Assembly (NCBI RefSeq): GCF_003918875.1
Contig: NW_025766026.1
Coordinates: 1,488,001-1,552,000, forward strand
Source of the DNA: Haliotis rubra
Lineage: Eukaryota
DNA length: 64,000 nucleotides
Reading direction: 5' to 3'
Positions 25,901-40,981 of this stretch are shown piece after piece; the first letter of the stretch is position 1; every line of letters starts with the position of its first letter. A program made the position numbers and the translations under genes. Under the pieces are notes generated by a model, which saw only the letters and a program-made list of their open reading frames with translations, ran no database searches and was not told the origin of the DNA.

Positions 25901-28294
25901 TAGAAGGTGTGGTACAGTTGCACCGTTGATGAACCACGCTGAGTAAAGTGTAACCAATGTTACCATGGCTGACTAAAAATCGGTAAAATCTATTCAGAAA
26001 AATACTGTGAATAACGTGGACCCTATGTTCATCAATCACAACACTGTTACGGATATGTGGTAACGGTCTTCATGCTTTGTTACCACCCATGTTCGTGTGT
26101 TTGGTTCACATTCTTAGTTGTGACTGAAATACTGTTCAACACAGTGTCAAAACAAAACTCATTTGCTCACTTATTCTTAAAAACACAGAAATTAACGCTT
26201 GGAAACCGACACACCGATTGGACATGGTTCAATTACATAGATCAATGCATGGTAACAGAAACAGCACTGTTAGGTTATTAAAGCAGAGTAACGACACCGT
26301 GACAATAACAGACGTTAATAAATGCATGATAACAGGTACACTTCTATTGGAATAAACAGAGCATCTGTTCTTGGAACATTAACGCTGATGGAGGCACCCT
26401 GACATATCATGCAGACGAATATAACATAAGAGAATCCCTGTGAAACATATTCGGAAAACACTGCGAAATCAACATTAGACCCGGTTCTGTCCTGTCTTCA
26501 TCTCATTGAGTTCCTTGCAAATGCGTTCGCGATGTTTGTATAACGCTTTGTCAAGCATGTTGATCCACAATATGTTTGCAAGCAAATGCGTCAGGAATAC
26601 TTCTTGTCGATCGCTTACTTTGATGGCATTTTGTAAATCAGATATTTCTTGCAGTTAGCTGTTTGAAGAAATTTCAGTGGAATTGATGAAAGCAATTGAG
26701 AAAAGATCAAAAACAGGAGAAGCCCATGACACCATGAAACTGTAAACGACCTTGTAGGGTTTATATAAATGAATGTGATCACGAAATGGGTTTGTGTTGA
26801 TTTGTGCTCAGTTGATAATGATTTCTGGTGTTGCGATGCATGTGATATGAGCTGATAATGCACTGTTGAGACTGAGACTCTCATGTTGAGGTGTGCGGAG
26901 CTGATGAGTTAGATTATACGATGTAACACCCACCATACGGTGTACATGGCTAATGAATTAGATTATAGAATGAAACACCCATACTAAGGTGTTCTTGTAT
27001 TATGAGTTCGATTATAGAATGAATCACCGAAACTGAGGTGTATGTAGCCGATGAGTTAGGTTCCAGCATGAAGCAGTGCAGTGTGACCAGGGATCGCCAA
27101 TATGGAACTTATCTAAAAAACTCTGTAAACATTTACCAACACCACGTTTACATGATCTTGGGCAGGTTGTTAGAGGCCAGGCACTATTAGCTATTGATTT
27201 AACTGATTTCTTACTTCAGAAAGGTTTTGTAATGGTTCTCCGTCGTCTTCATTTCCACTTCCAGCCTCGCAATATGTCCTCCTCAAATGTACTTCTTTAT
27301 CCACCTACAGCCAAGGTTATACAAACTTCACAAGATTGCATGCACTTGGTGTACACAGGAGAGAGGAAGTTCCCGAAAACACGTCTCACACTGAAGAAGA
27401 TCTTTCAGTTGGTATGTGATTGGTTAAGCATTGATTGTGTTTGATCTCAGGTGGCGCATGGCCAATTTCCCGTCACTCGAGGCTGTTTCGATTCCACTTG
27501 AGCTGTGTGTATCCAAACCCCTCCATTGCAGTGTCAAAGGTAAAGGATGCGAGTCAATCCCGGTCGATAATGAACAGCCGCTGCATTATGTAACTGTTAC
27601 TGCTCACTAATATTGAAGTGACGTTATACATTGTTATCGATTGGTACAGCCCTTTTGGTGTGTGATATGTTGCCGGCTACCATCACTGAATCACATTCTT
27701 TAACAACTCGTCTCTGATACTACCCATATTAAAAGGGAATCATGTCTTTTGGATATATCATGAACATATATATTAATATAAACCACGACATATCATATGT
27801 AAAGTTCAACAAATAATTCTGGAAAATATTTTGAAAGGTTTTATTCTTTCATTTAATTTGTGGTATTTTCTGTTTTCAAACATTCGCCATTTCTTCATAA
27901 CAGTAGAACAAAAAATGTCAATGAATGGAATGTAGTATGAATTTGAATTCGTACTCTCGTAACCGTGACAAAGGAGACTTCTGTTTGATAAATCTGTGGT
28001 CCTACTTTACTGATAGCATGAAACCATGGTTCGTAACGACAATATGTCGCTGTATACAAAATACAGTTACCTCTACTGGAATATGACCGATGTTCAATTA
28101 ACAATTCTGGAAAGTACTTCGAAAGTAGAAACTTATTTCATTTTTGAAGAACGTAAATCAAAGGATTATAGTAGTTTCTGTCATACACCCACCACTTCGT
28201 CAATAAGGAAGAATGCAAGAATGGATGACAACGATAATGCCTCCGTGAATGTATCTTTCTGCTTTTACTGTCGAAATATGTCTCAGACATTATA

Positions 28295-29620
28295 CAAGCA
28301 CCGTGCCAAAAGTGTTGCTATGAAAATGGCCGGCGTTCTCAGTAGAGGTTCTCACCTGAAATTTTCAAGCAATAAATACGACTTTAAAATTTTTTTTTTC
28401 TTACCTTGTTTTGACTATCATGTGGTGATATAACCTCTCTGAAACCCTACACTCCTCAATCTCCGTGGAATGGAATGGTATAAACTAGATATATACACTG
28501 GAGTCAGGCTTTGCCAGATCCTAGTTACACTGTCTATGAGGTCCTGGCGTGTTTCGAGGCCGGCGGTTTCTTTATTAAGTTTGACACATTTCCACACATT
28601 TTCTATAATGTTAAGGTCTGGAGATTGTGCAGGCCAGACAAAAGTAGGGAGGTTGTTTGCTGTTTTCCACTCAGTGGTCAGTCTTGACCTATGGGATGTA
28701 GCATTGTCATCTTGGAAAATAAATTCATTATTTCCAAACACTTTGGTCACAACAGGCCATAAATGTTCATCAATAAGTTCAATATAGTGTTGTGGGTTCA
28801 GGGTACCCTCAACTGGTACAAGTGTTCCAACGCCATCCTTCGTTATGCACCCCCAAAACATACAGCTAATCCGAGCCAGTACCCACACTCGGATCTCCAC
28901 TTCTCCTAAGATTTTCTCCAGACATAAACAGACTTGTTTTTTTCCAATCGCCACCTGAGTTTCATCAGAGAAAATTTTCCTCCATGTCTCTTATTCCTAC
29001 ACCAAGCAATCCTCTTTCTTCTGTTCACCTTAGAATTTGTGATAGTTTTCCGAATAGCACATTTTCGAAAACCATAGAAATGCAGTCTTCTTTGAACAGT
29101 TCTTTTAGCTAATACTTGATTGTATACATTATTGAATTCATGAGTTCAAATCTATCAAAGACTGCCTACGATTACCTTGCACCATACGACAAGTCGGCGA
29201 TCACTTCTCTGGTCAGACAATTTGGACCTCCCACTTCTAGCCTTGTTTTCTGATGAACCGCAGGCAGAAAATTTCTTCTACACTCTAGAGACAGTAGATT
29301 CATGTATCCCCCAAATCTTAGCTATGTTGCAATTTTTTTCTCCACTATGTTTAAAACAATATTAACCTTTCTTTCAACCTGGGAGTCAATTCTCTTCTGA
29401 CAGCAGCCATGATTTCATCTCCAGCGTAAACAGGATGTCGTCTGCTCCACCTACTTCCTGTAGGTGCTAGGTGAAAAAGTAACACACAAAATATAATCTT
29501 ATACCAACATTTATTTCTGGATGTAAACAGTGTAAATTTTTGTATCCAAATACCTAACGGCCATATCAGCTCAAATACAGTGGCAGCCATTTTTCTTGCA
29601 ACACTTTTGGCATGGTGCTG
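28295..29620 (-). mobile_element. Tc1-family (DD34E) DNA transposon, full length with TIRs and TA TSD
   Basis: TIRs caagcaccgtgccaaaagtgttgc / gcaacacttttggcatggtgctg; TA on both sides; exact empty site cagacattatatatttcc at 35193-35210. Confidence 0.95.
28418..29410 (-). pseudogene. Frameshifted Tc1 transposase
   Basis: Start MAAVRRELTPRLKER; IFSDETQ (about 28955-28975); MFWGCI; FQDDNATSH...WPAQSPDLNIIENVW with 34 residues between the second D and E; N-terminal half broken. Confidence 0.93.
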
Positions 29621-30115
29621 TATATTTCCTTAATTGCGAAACTGATTCGGACAAATCGGCATAACACGCTCAAATACATAGCCCGTTGTCCATAATTATA
29701 TTCTATATGACCGTTCTGTTTTCCACACATTTCTGTAACATACATTTTCTTTGTGTTTTTTCAAACAGTCTGGTTCTTCTAAATTAAGAAATATTCATTG
29801 CAACAATGATACATAATTATGCGATGGTTCCGATCGGATTCCTGCCATAAAGGGTCGAACACACTTCTCATGCGATCTGTCCTCTCTTGTGGCACATCGT
29901 TTAGCAGAGATTTCTTTTGACCAAAGAATGGGTTTTGACGCTATTTTAGTCTTGGCCAGACACATTACTGATATCTCCGATGGAAGCTCATTTGTTCGTG
30001 TACACCTGTTGAACAAATGACGTTCTGCCCGAAATGATTATATTTTACTATTACGATTTTTTTGAGTCAACACTAAATCTGTTTCAGTAGATAGACGAGA
30101 CAAATCTTTCTCTGG

Positions 30116-33100
30116 CTTTTAATCTCATAACTAGAAACCCAACATTAACTGAAAACCCTTCTATTGATAAAAATGTCACGTCTCCCCAAGTTGATTTAGT
30201 TGTTAAATCAAATGTATGTCTGGTGGTTGATATGTAATCTCTATTCACAAATAGCATGAAGCTTATAAAGCTCTCTTCTCAGTTTGATTGTGCCAGTTGT
30301 TGGTATGCAACACAGTCTGTCTAAACTGGTTGTCTATAATTTTCAGTTAAGAGTAACAGTAAGATTGTAGACTTATAATTCAGTCATAATGTATTTCACA
30401 TATACGCTCCGGAATTATGTAGCACTTCATCCTATCATTTAGGATATTCTGTACAATCCATATTCTGTTAATAGACAATTCTAAATACCTAAACACAGAT
30501 TTCCATCATTTGGTGCGGGGTAAATGTATATTGATTAAACCCATGTATCCCCTCTATGGGGTAAAGCTACCTTCTACCTATCCATCTTTGTTACAACCAC
30601 ATTTGACCCTTTCACAATATTCAAAGATCTCACCATGATCTGAGAAACATAACCATTCAAACTCCGTTGCTATGTTTTACATAGCATCTGCATTGTCAGA
30701 TTGTACTTTGAAATGCTATATTTTATGGAGCTGTTATTTTGTCTCAGTATTCCAAGGTACTAGTTGCACTACTAAGGCGATGATATTTCCACACTTTTTC
30801 GTTGTTCCAGCTCCATGAGGTGAAAACAATTACTTAGGACATTATCAGAAAGAAATCCATTGCTATTTGATGTGACATTTCTCACAATCTGGTCATCCCG
30901 TCTCCCTATCTTTTTCCGAGTCGCCACGTGCCCGGTAACTGGTTCAGACAGCACTTAATCAATTTGTTATTTTAGACCTCTGCTTGTCACTTTGGCGTGC
31001 ACCGAGTTCGTTAGCACACAATATTAGAATCACCTTGTCAGGTCCTAATGCTATTTGACAAAGGGCTTCACCAAAAGTGTGAACGAACATTCTTTACTTG
31101 ATAATTCAAAGATATTTATTGAGTCGTACTGAAAGTCGTTAAAACCTCGAATATCTCTGTTCACACACCATCGGCACCTGTTGAAACAAGGTATCTCGCA
31201 AAGCAACTAATTATGTCAATATTGTACAGCGGAATGTGTTTCAGGTGAACAATGGACCAGCCAATGCATATGTTTATGACGGGTGCCGCCAGTTTTAATA
31301 CTGATGAATGCTGAGTCCAATAGACACATAACCATGATATAGCAAACACTCGACTTCTTAGTGTAGGTTTCTTACTGATGTGGAAAGGGTTTTGTCCTTT
31401 CTATTTACACAAAACTTACTCCAGACTGTGACTTACTATCTTTAGATCACCTGATTCAAAGATGATAGGTGTATAACCCTTGTCATATGACAGTGTCAAA
31501 TAAAAAATACATAGTGGCTGGAATCTATGCTATTAGGAAATGTCACCAGACACATTTACAAATATCAGAGGAATCACGAATATGTTGTTCTGCAATTCTC
31601 ACTTTGGAATAAACGCTCAGGGACATTAAAACAAGTAGTTTATCTTTAGATGCAGGCAGCTGTCGTTCAGACACTGACACATGATGTGTACTTGTTCAGT
31701 TTGACCAGCGTGTTATCGTGTATTATTTTGGTAGAGAAAATAACAAAGGTTTATCTATTCTCTTTTAAATTTGACGAACTACCTCCTTGCCAGTACAACT
31801 TCAATATACTGTGTGCAAAACAACAACAGATTAAAAACTGAACTCTTAGACGAGCTACCTCCTTGCTATTACAACTTCAATGCATTATGTGCAAAATAAA
31901 TACAAAATCAGAAAACTGTATCTGGCGCTGGAAAAAGGACACCCTCGTCTGAGAAAATTGATCCTGACGTCGCGCTAGAGAGATTGCCAGGTTTAAGCCA
32001 ACTATGCAACTTATGGATCAATTCTGAATTGTTCTTCTGATTGAAAGATGCTCACAAAGATACCGGTAATGAAGATATTTAAATGCAAACATGACACCTC
32101 CGACCAAGGGATAATATAATTCTTAGATATATAACTTCATCGCCAGAATATTGCCAGTCTCGAATATCCACCGAAACAGCCAAATATTTACACACCACCA
32201 GAATATGAAATCAAAGAAACGACTTATCCAAGTCATCAGTTTCCTGATTAAATCTATTCCAGAAATTGCAGGGAACTTCTCTGCAAAACGATTTACAATA
32301 AAAGCGATTTTACATTCATCATGTTCCTTGATGTGGTCAATATACATGGTGTTCTAGCGCCTTCTGTAGTTAAGAGCAAATTCATGATGACGCCAACAAA
32401 TTTCACTGTCCTAACAATATTGACCAAGGTCTTCTGGAACTGAAAAGGGTTTCAGAATATAATGTGCTACATTTTAACGCTATGATTGTGACCCGAGCCG
32501 GAGTAGGTCGTCAGGAACTTATGCTGTTGTAGTGACCCACTTAATCGATCTCATGATCAGATTCCGTAAGTGTCCAACGCAAGTCTTACCCCGATGTCGT
32601 TGATGGTTGCTCATATCAAACCACTGTATTTTCTTGTCCAGATTCGATTATTAACATACTGCTGTCCTACAGCAGGGGTATTGCTGATTGAAAAGCAACA
32701 AACAGCTAATATGGGCCGAACGTAATGCATGTAAACTAGTAAGTACAATATGATTCGATCTCCAGACAACTGTCTACACAAGTCGTGAGAGGTCGTTGTC
32801 TCTGACAAGGAGATTACTTCAGAAAATGTTTTGCAATTTCTTCTCAATGTCGGCCGACTCGACAGACTCACTACACACCAAACTCTATGAAAGACTCATC
32901 GTCTTATATCGTGTGGATCTTAGGAGTAATAGCTTCTCACACCATAGATGTCGTTAGAGACGCCCCCGCGGAGATTCCTGATTAGAACAAGTCCCCAGGA
33001 ATCCATGCTGGTCGTCAAAGCAACCAAATTAATCGGATTGACGACGTGGTCGTTGCTCCCGATATCGATCACGTTTCTTCTGATCCAGGCTTGATTCTTT

Positions 33101-35685
33101 ACAGTTTGTGATATTTATATATATTGAATGAATAGCTATAAAGAATAGCTCTGCGGAACCCGTCCTTCCTTTCTGGAAGTTAAGTCAGCTAAGTCCAACG
33201 ACTGACTCATATGGATACGTTATCTGAGTATCACCACCGTTGATACGTCATAAAAGAGGTGAAATCGATTCAGGAAAACACTGTGATGAAAGAATAACAT
33301 GGACCTTGATTTCACACCACTGTTACTGCTATATGATCACAATCTTCAAGGTCTGTTACAACCCATTCCCAGATATGACTGAAATACTGTTCAACCCAGT
33401 GCCAAAACAAACTCATTCACTCAATCATTCTCAAACAACACAGAAATTAATGCTTGGAAACCGACACACCGATTTGACATTGTTCAAGAACAATGGTTGA
33501 CGCATGGTAACAGAAACAGTACTGTTAGGTTATTAAATTAGAGTAACGACATCGTGACAATAACGGAAAATAATTAATGCTTGACAACAGGTACGCTACT
33601 CTTTTAATTAACAGAGCATCTGTTCTTGGAACATTAACACTTACGGAAGTTCTCTGGTTGAGGCACCCACACATATCATGCAGACGAATATAACATAGGA
33701 CTGTCCCAGTGGAATATACCTCGGACAACACTACAGTATCATTATTAGACCCGGTTCTGTCCTGTCTTTATTTCACTGAGTTCCTTGTAAATGCGTTCAT
33801 TATATTTGTATTACGCTTTGTCAGGCATGTTGATCCACAATATGCTTGCAGGGAAATGCGTCAGGAATACTTCGTCTTGTCGATCGTTTACTTTGATGGC
33901 ATTTTTAAAAGAAATATTTCTTGCGGTTAGTTGTTTGAAGAAATTTTAATGGAATTTGATGAAAGGAATTGAGAAAATATCAAAAACAGGAGAAGTCCAT
34001 GACACCATGAAACTGTAAACGACCTTGCAGGGTTTATATAGATGAATGTCATCACGAAATGGGTTTGTGTTTATTTGTGCTCAGTTCATAGTGATTTCTG
34101 GTGTGGTGATGCATGTGTTATGAGCTGATAATGCACTGTTGAGACTGAGACTTTCAGTTTGAGAGAGTGAGTGAGTTATTATTTAACGTCACATCGGAAA
34201 TATTTCAGCCATATCGTGATGAGAACATATGTGACATTGAAATGGAATAAATGTATATTATAAAAACCTGTCGACGAAGGACAGTAAAACAACTAGAATA
34301 TCACAATTACAACTAAAACTAGTGTGGAAAATTAAAACTATAGATCGCCAACAACTGAAGGTAGATCACTCTCAGTTTGAGGTGTGTGGAGCTTATGAGT
34401 TAGATTATATGATGTAACACCCACCATAAGGTGTATATGCCTGAGGTATTGGATTATTGAATGATACACCCATACTTAGGTGTTAGGTGTGCCTGTCTGA
34501 TGAGTTAGATTATAGAATGAGAAGACCAATACTGTAGTGAACGTAGCCGATGAGTTAGGTTCCACAATGATGTCGTACAATATTCTTTAACAACTCGTGT
34601 CTAATACTGCCGAGACCAGTCTTCGCCTCTCCATTAAAAATTGAACAATGTCTTTTGGACATAACATGAACATATTTATAAATATAAACCACAAACATAT
34701 CATATCTAAAGCTCAACAAACAAGTATGGAAAATACTTTGAAAAGGTTAATTCTTTCATTTAATTTGTGATACTTTCTGTTTTCATACATTCGCCATTTC
34801 TTCATTACGGTAGAACAAAAAAATGCCAGTGAATGAAATGCAGTATGAATTTGATTTCGTACTTCCGTGTGTACCCTGACAAAGGACACTTGTGTGATAA
34901 ATCTGTGGTCGTACTTTACTGATAGCATGAAACCATGGTTCGTAACGACAATATGTCGCTGTATAGATAATACAGTTACCTCTACAGGAATATAACCGAT
35001 GTTCATTTAGCAATTCTGGAAAGTACTTCGAAAGTAGAAACTTATTTCATTTTTGAAGAACGTAAATCAAAGGATTATAGTAGTTTCTGCCATGCACCGG
35101 TCACTTCGTCAATTAGGAAGAATGCAACAATGGATGACAACGATAATGCCTACGAGAATGTATCTTTCTGCCTGTACTGTCGAAATATGTCTCAGACATT
35201 ATATATTTCCTTAATTGCGAAAGTGGTTTGGACAAATCGGCATAACACGCTCAAATAAAGCCCGTGGTCCATATACTGTATTTGACCTTTCTGTTTTTCA
35301 CACATTTCTGCAACATACATTTTGTTTGTCGTTTTAACAATTAATTTGATCCTAACAGTCTGGTTCTTCTAAATTAAGAAATATTAATTGCAACAATGAT
35401 ACATACTTATGCCATGGTTCCGATCAGATTCCTGCAGTGAAGGGTCGAGCACACTTCTCATGCGATCTGTCCCCTCTTGTGGCACATCGTTTAGCAGAGA
35501 TTCCTTTTGACCAAAGAATGGGTTTTGTCGCTATTTTAGTCTTGGCCAGACACATTACTGATATCTCCGATTGCAGATCATTTGTTAATGTACACCTGTT
35601 GAACATATAACTTTCTGAAATGTTTTCATTTGATCGTTTTACGAAAATTTGTTTTGGCAGATAGACGAGACAAATCTTTCTCTGG
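30116..35685. repeat. Large-array unit U4 (shortened by three internal deletions)
   Basis: Landmarks at 30838, 31980, 32760, 33268, 33660, 34687, 35183, 35354; jumps at about 32797, 33105 and 34580 relative to U2/U3/U5. Confidence 0.9.
34164..34367 (-). mobile_element. Family-3 retroposon 3' end (SINE or truncated LINE) specific to U4
   Basis: gtgagtgagttattatttaacgtcacatcgg...acaactgaaggtagatc; TSD act(t/c)tcagtttgag at 34150-34163 and 34368-34381. Confidence 0.88.
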
Positions 35686-38620
35686 CTATTAATCTTATAA
35701 CTAAAAACCCAACATTTACTGAAATCCTTCTATTGATAAAAATGACATGTCTCTCCCATTTGATTTAGTTGTTAAATCAAATGTATGTCTGGTGGTTAAT
35801 ATGTAATATAGTCCTTCAACCTCCATTCACAAATAGCCTCTATTCTAAAAACCTATACACAGAATTCCATCATTTGGTGCGGGGCAAATGCATATTGATT
35901 TATTAATCGTCATGTTAAACCCATGTATCCCCTCTATTAGGTAAAGCTATCCATCTTTGTTTCAACCACATTTCACCGTTTCACAATATTCAAAGATCTC
36001 ACCATGATCTGACAAACACACCCATTCAAACTCCGTGGCTATGTTTTAAATAGCATCTGCAGTGTCAGATTGTACTTTGAAAAGCCATATTATATGGCGC
36101 TGTTATTTTGTATCAGTATTCCAAGGTACCAGTGTCACTACTTAGGCGATGATGTTTCCACACTTTTTCGTTGTTCCAGCTCCATGATATATTAAGGACA
36201 TTATCAGAAAGAAACCCATTGCTATTAGATGTGGCATTTCTAACCATCTGGTCATCCCGTCTCTCTATCGTCTTCCGAGTCTCCACGTCCCTCGCAACTT
36301 GTTCAGACAGCACTTAATCAATATGTTATTTTAGACCTCTCCTTGTCACTTTGGCGTGCATCGAGTTCGTTAGCACACAATATTAGAATCACCTTGGCAG
36401 GTCTTAATGCTATTTGAGAAGAGATTTCACATAAAGTTTCACTCGGAGCGAATATCCTTTACTTGACAATTCAAAGATATTTATTGAGTCGTACTGAAAG
36501 GAGTTAAAACCTCGACTATCGTGTAAGCTAAGTACGCAGGGGGATCTCTGTTCACACACCATCGGCACCTGTTGAAACAAGGTATCTCGCAAAGCAACTA
36601 ATTGTGTGAATATTGCACAGTGGATTGTGTTTCAGGTGAACAATGGACCAGCCAATGCATATGTTTATGACGGGTGCCACCGGTTTTAATACTGAGTAAT
36701 GCTGAGTCCAACAGACACGTAACCATGATATAGTATACAATCGACTTCTTAGCGTAGATTTCTTACGGGTGTGGAAACGGTCTTGTCCTTTTTATTTACA
36801 CAAAACTACTCCAGACAGTGAATTGTTATTTTTAGATCTCCTAATTCAAAGCTGAGAAGTGTATAACCCTTGTCATATGAAAGTGTCAAATAAAAAATAC
36901 ATAGTGGCTGGAATCTATGTTGCTTGGAAATGTCACCAGACACATTTACAAGTGGCAAAGGAATCACACATATGTCGTTCTGCATTTATCTCGTTGGAAT
37001 AAACATTCAAAGACAATGAATCATGTAGTTTCTCTTCAGGCAGATGTCGTTAAGACACTGACACTTGATGTGTTCTTCTTAAGTTTGACCAGCGTGTTAT
37101 CGTGTCCAATTTTGGTGTAGACAATAACAAAGGTTAATCTATTCTCTTTTATACCTCTCAGACTAGCTACCTCCTTGTCATCAGAGATCCAATACATTGT
37201 GTGCAAAATAAAAACAACAGCAGATTACTATATCTGGCGCTGGTAAAACTGTAAAAGAAGACACCCTCGTCTGACAAATTTGATCCTAATGTCGCACTAC
37301 TAGGATTGCCAAGTTTAAGCCAACTATGCAACGTACATGTATGCATCAAGTCTGAATTGTTCATCTGATTGAAAGGTGCTCCCACAGATACAGGTAATGA
37401 AGATATTTAAATGCAAAATGATACCTCGGACCAAGGGATAATATAAGTCTTAAATGTATAACTTCATCAACAGAATATTGCAAGTCTGGAATATCCACCG
37501 ATACAGCCAGTCATTTACAAACCACCAGAATATGAAATGAAAAACACACACTTATCCAAGTCATCATCTACCTGATTAACTCTATTCCAGAAATTGCAGG
37601 GAACTTATCTGGAAAACAATTTACAATAAAAGTGATTTTTCATTCATCATGTTCCTTGATGGGGTCAATATACATGGTGTTCAGGCACCTGCTGTAGGTA
37701 AGAGCAAATTCATGATGACGCCAACAAATTCCACTGTCCTACAAATACTGACCAAGGTCTTCTGGGACGGAAAAAGGTATCAGAATATAATGTGCTACAG
37801 TTTAACGCTATGATTTTCACCCGCAAAGGTTCCGGGTCAGAGTAGGTCAACAGGATTCCGTAAGTGTCTAACGCAAGTCATCTTACCCGCACGTTCTTGA
37901 TGGTTGCTCGTATCAAAACTATATTGTCTTGTCCAGTCTCGATTGTTCACATGCTGCTGTCCTACAGCAGGGGTATTCCTGATTGATGAACGACAAATAG
38001 AATGTTACATCTTACTCAGCTAATATGGGCCGAACGTAATGTATGTAAACTAGTAAATGCAATAAGATTTTATCTCCAGACAACTGTCTACACTAGCTAA
38101 TCCCCAAGACGTGTTGCAGTCACACGAGCCGTCGGTGGTGACAAGTGGTAAGAGGTCGTTGGCATTTGCAACTGTCGTTACCAAAATACCCATTCAGTGA
38201 GGCAGGGATCGTCACCATTTAGTGGTTAGTGATCGTGCGTTCGTTCAGTTACACATTGACCTCTATATTTATGTAAACTGGTCAAAAAACAATATCATCC
38301 ATTCCTGGTTTTTCGTCCAGTTACACTCTCTAGCAGCTCGTGCCTCTTGACTAAACAACGAAAGATACATTACTTGCTTTTCAAAAGTACCTATCTGGAT
38401 TGTATAATTTTCTTTTTCAAAAACAAAGCAACCTTTAGCTATAGCGCAAGGTGTATTAATTGTATCTGGGCCAGTGGTTGATAGTATGATCACATCGTTG
38501 GGGAGACATGCAAGCAGCCAGGTGATCCATTGTAACCATCCAACCCTCATTGTGGTCAACGCTTATGACAGAAATGGTGTACTGAATACGGACTCTGACC
38601 TTGATTCTCCACTGCCAACA

Positions 38621-38781
38621 TGGGCGTTGGGGTAGCCTAGTGGTTAAAGCGTTCGCTCGTCACGCTGAAGACCCGGCTTGGATTCCCCACGCGGGTACAA
38701 TGTGTGAAGCCCATTTCTGGTGTCCCCCGCCGTGTTATTGCTAATATATTGCTAACAGCGGCGTAAAACCCTACTCAATCA
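38621..38781 (+). mobile_element. tRNA-derived SINE (family 1) specific to U5
   Basis: ggggtagcctagtggttaaagcg...; TSD ctccactgcca at 38607-38617 and 38782-38792; empty site at about 15419 and 23972. Confidence 0.92.
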
Positions 38782-40981
38782 CTCCACTGCCAGTCTTTAC
38801 TGATGGAACATGTTAGTTGGATGCGCATAGTACGTGTGACTGGGATGGTAGTTAATGTTTGTCAGTGACATGATCCGGCATCGAGAATGACCCCAAGCAT
38901 CCTGTATGATCAGGCTAAAGAGGAAAACCATTAACGAATTCTTGATGCACTTTTCATTGTTAATCTGCTGTATTGCCTGTTCAAACTTAACAGCCTTTGA
39001 GTTGTTTTGAGAACTTGATGTAACCCTGATGGCTATGATGATTAGTTTCATGGCAACCTGCAGCGATAACAACGTCAATGTTGGTGACGGATGTTTAAAG
39101 GATCGGCCATTAGATTGGTACATTCGTATTAAACTGAGTCAACTTTTTATATTTATAGCCAGAAGCTGCTTTCTTTGGAGCCACTTTACCGCGTCTGTAA
39201 TTATCAAACGGATGTCTCTGACAAGGAGATTACTTCGGAAAGTATTTTGCAATTAGTTCTCAATGTCAGAAGACGCGATAGATTCACTACACAGCAAAGT
39301 CCCCAGGAATCCGAAAGGCATGGTGGTCGTCGAAGCAACCAGACGGCTCGGATTGAAGACGTTGTCGTTGCTCCCAATATCGATCACCCTTCTGCTCATC
39401 CAGGCTTTATTCTTTACAGCCCGTCGTAATATCGCTGAAGTATTGCTGACAACATTCTTTGAAGGTATTTCCATGCTCGATTTTCTTTCTAGAAGCGACT
39501 GAAATTAATGGGTACATGGGTGACTGTGTGGTATTGTGCCACAACTGAGTGATTCCTTCTTCATGCTATAAACCACTTACGTGCTTTGCCAAGATTCGAC
39601 AATTAACAGGCATGATACAGGTGGAAAATGCTATATTAGGCAAATAGTTCTAGAAAAAGAATTGTTTTTAAATTGATGAAACACAAACGAAATTAGCAGA
39701 ATGACATTGAGGAAACTATAAATAGTGATTCAAGGTATTTGATTCACGGTATAAATTCTTTATACCCATACGAATATGTTATTGTAAAACAATGCTAGCA
39801 AATGTGTTAGCATATCCACCAACAGAACGTGCCGTACAGAATGACTCGAGATGACTGGACATTGAAAGAAAAACAACGTCCGTGGTTTATCTGTTCCAAG
39901 AAATATGAGTATTTTCACTGTTAAACTGAGTTGTTAGAATGAATTAAATTGACAGATGTTTCATGTCGTTGTCGTGCGTTAAATATTATCCTATAGAAAC
40001 AAGACAGATTTGAAAAACTTTGAAAGAGTAGGGTTGTTTGAGAGTGAGATAGAAATGCACAGATGTTCGTCCGCGCTATGCAATATTCCTAAAAACTCAA
40101 ATTCATTTAGTCGCTTCCCACAGTAAGCATGTTTTGCTGGAGTTGACAGAGATTTTCTACAGACATGTGGAGGACATTCCAAATGGGATGCAATAGAGCC
40201 CAATATAATGTTCCATGCAACTTCCTATTTTGGCTTATACCATGTGGGGATAACTTTGCATGTGTTTGTGACGAGGATAGGCTCCCTTTTTCTCAATTAT
40301 CTGATACCATTAATGTTCGATGGGTATTGATCAACGCATGTTTATGATATAATTGGAATCGTAAAATGGCGATTCTTTAAGATTGGAAATGGTTTTGTGA
40401 CATTTATATATTTTGAATGAATAGCTATAAAAAATAGCTCTGCGGAACTCATCCTTCCTTTCTCGAAGTTGAGTCAGCTAAGTCCAACGACTGACGGATA
40501 CGGAACGTTCACTGAGTATCACCACCGTTGATACGTCATAAAAGGGGTGAACTCGATTCAGGAAAACACTGTGATGAAAGAATAACATGGACCTTGATTT
40601 CACTACACTGTTACTGTTATATGATCACAATCTTCAAGGTTTGTTACAACCCATTCTTAGATATGACTGAAATACTGTTCAACCCAGTGCCAAAACAAAC
40701 TCATTCACTCAATCATTCTCAAAAACACAGAAATTAATGCTTGGAAACCGACACACCGATTTGACATTGTTCAAGAACAGTGGTTAATGCATGGTAACAG
40801 AAACAGGACTGTTAGGTTATTATTATTATTATGTTTTACTGATTAAAGATGAAAATGCAGCAGAGAGGGTTCGGGTGATCCTGGCACAGTCAGGCTGGTC
40901 AGGCTCATCATCAGCTCAGGGCCGTCGCCCCCTCTACACGCAGCCCAGACAGCGAATGGGAATTCCCCAAGGAAACACTGC

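Larger units (their letters stand above)
20148..30115. repeat. Large-array unit U3 (contains the Tc1 element and local tandem duplications)
   Basis: Begins with aatctcataactaaaaacccaac (also 30121, 35691); landmarks at 20857, 22727, 23535, 25370, 26391, 27169, 28274, 29764. Confidence 0.9.

Noticed and set aside
27076-27444. 122-aa plus-strand ORF as a gene
   Set aside because: Broken in all sister units, spans a deletion junction relative to U1 and has no recognisable domain.
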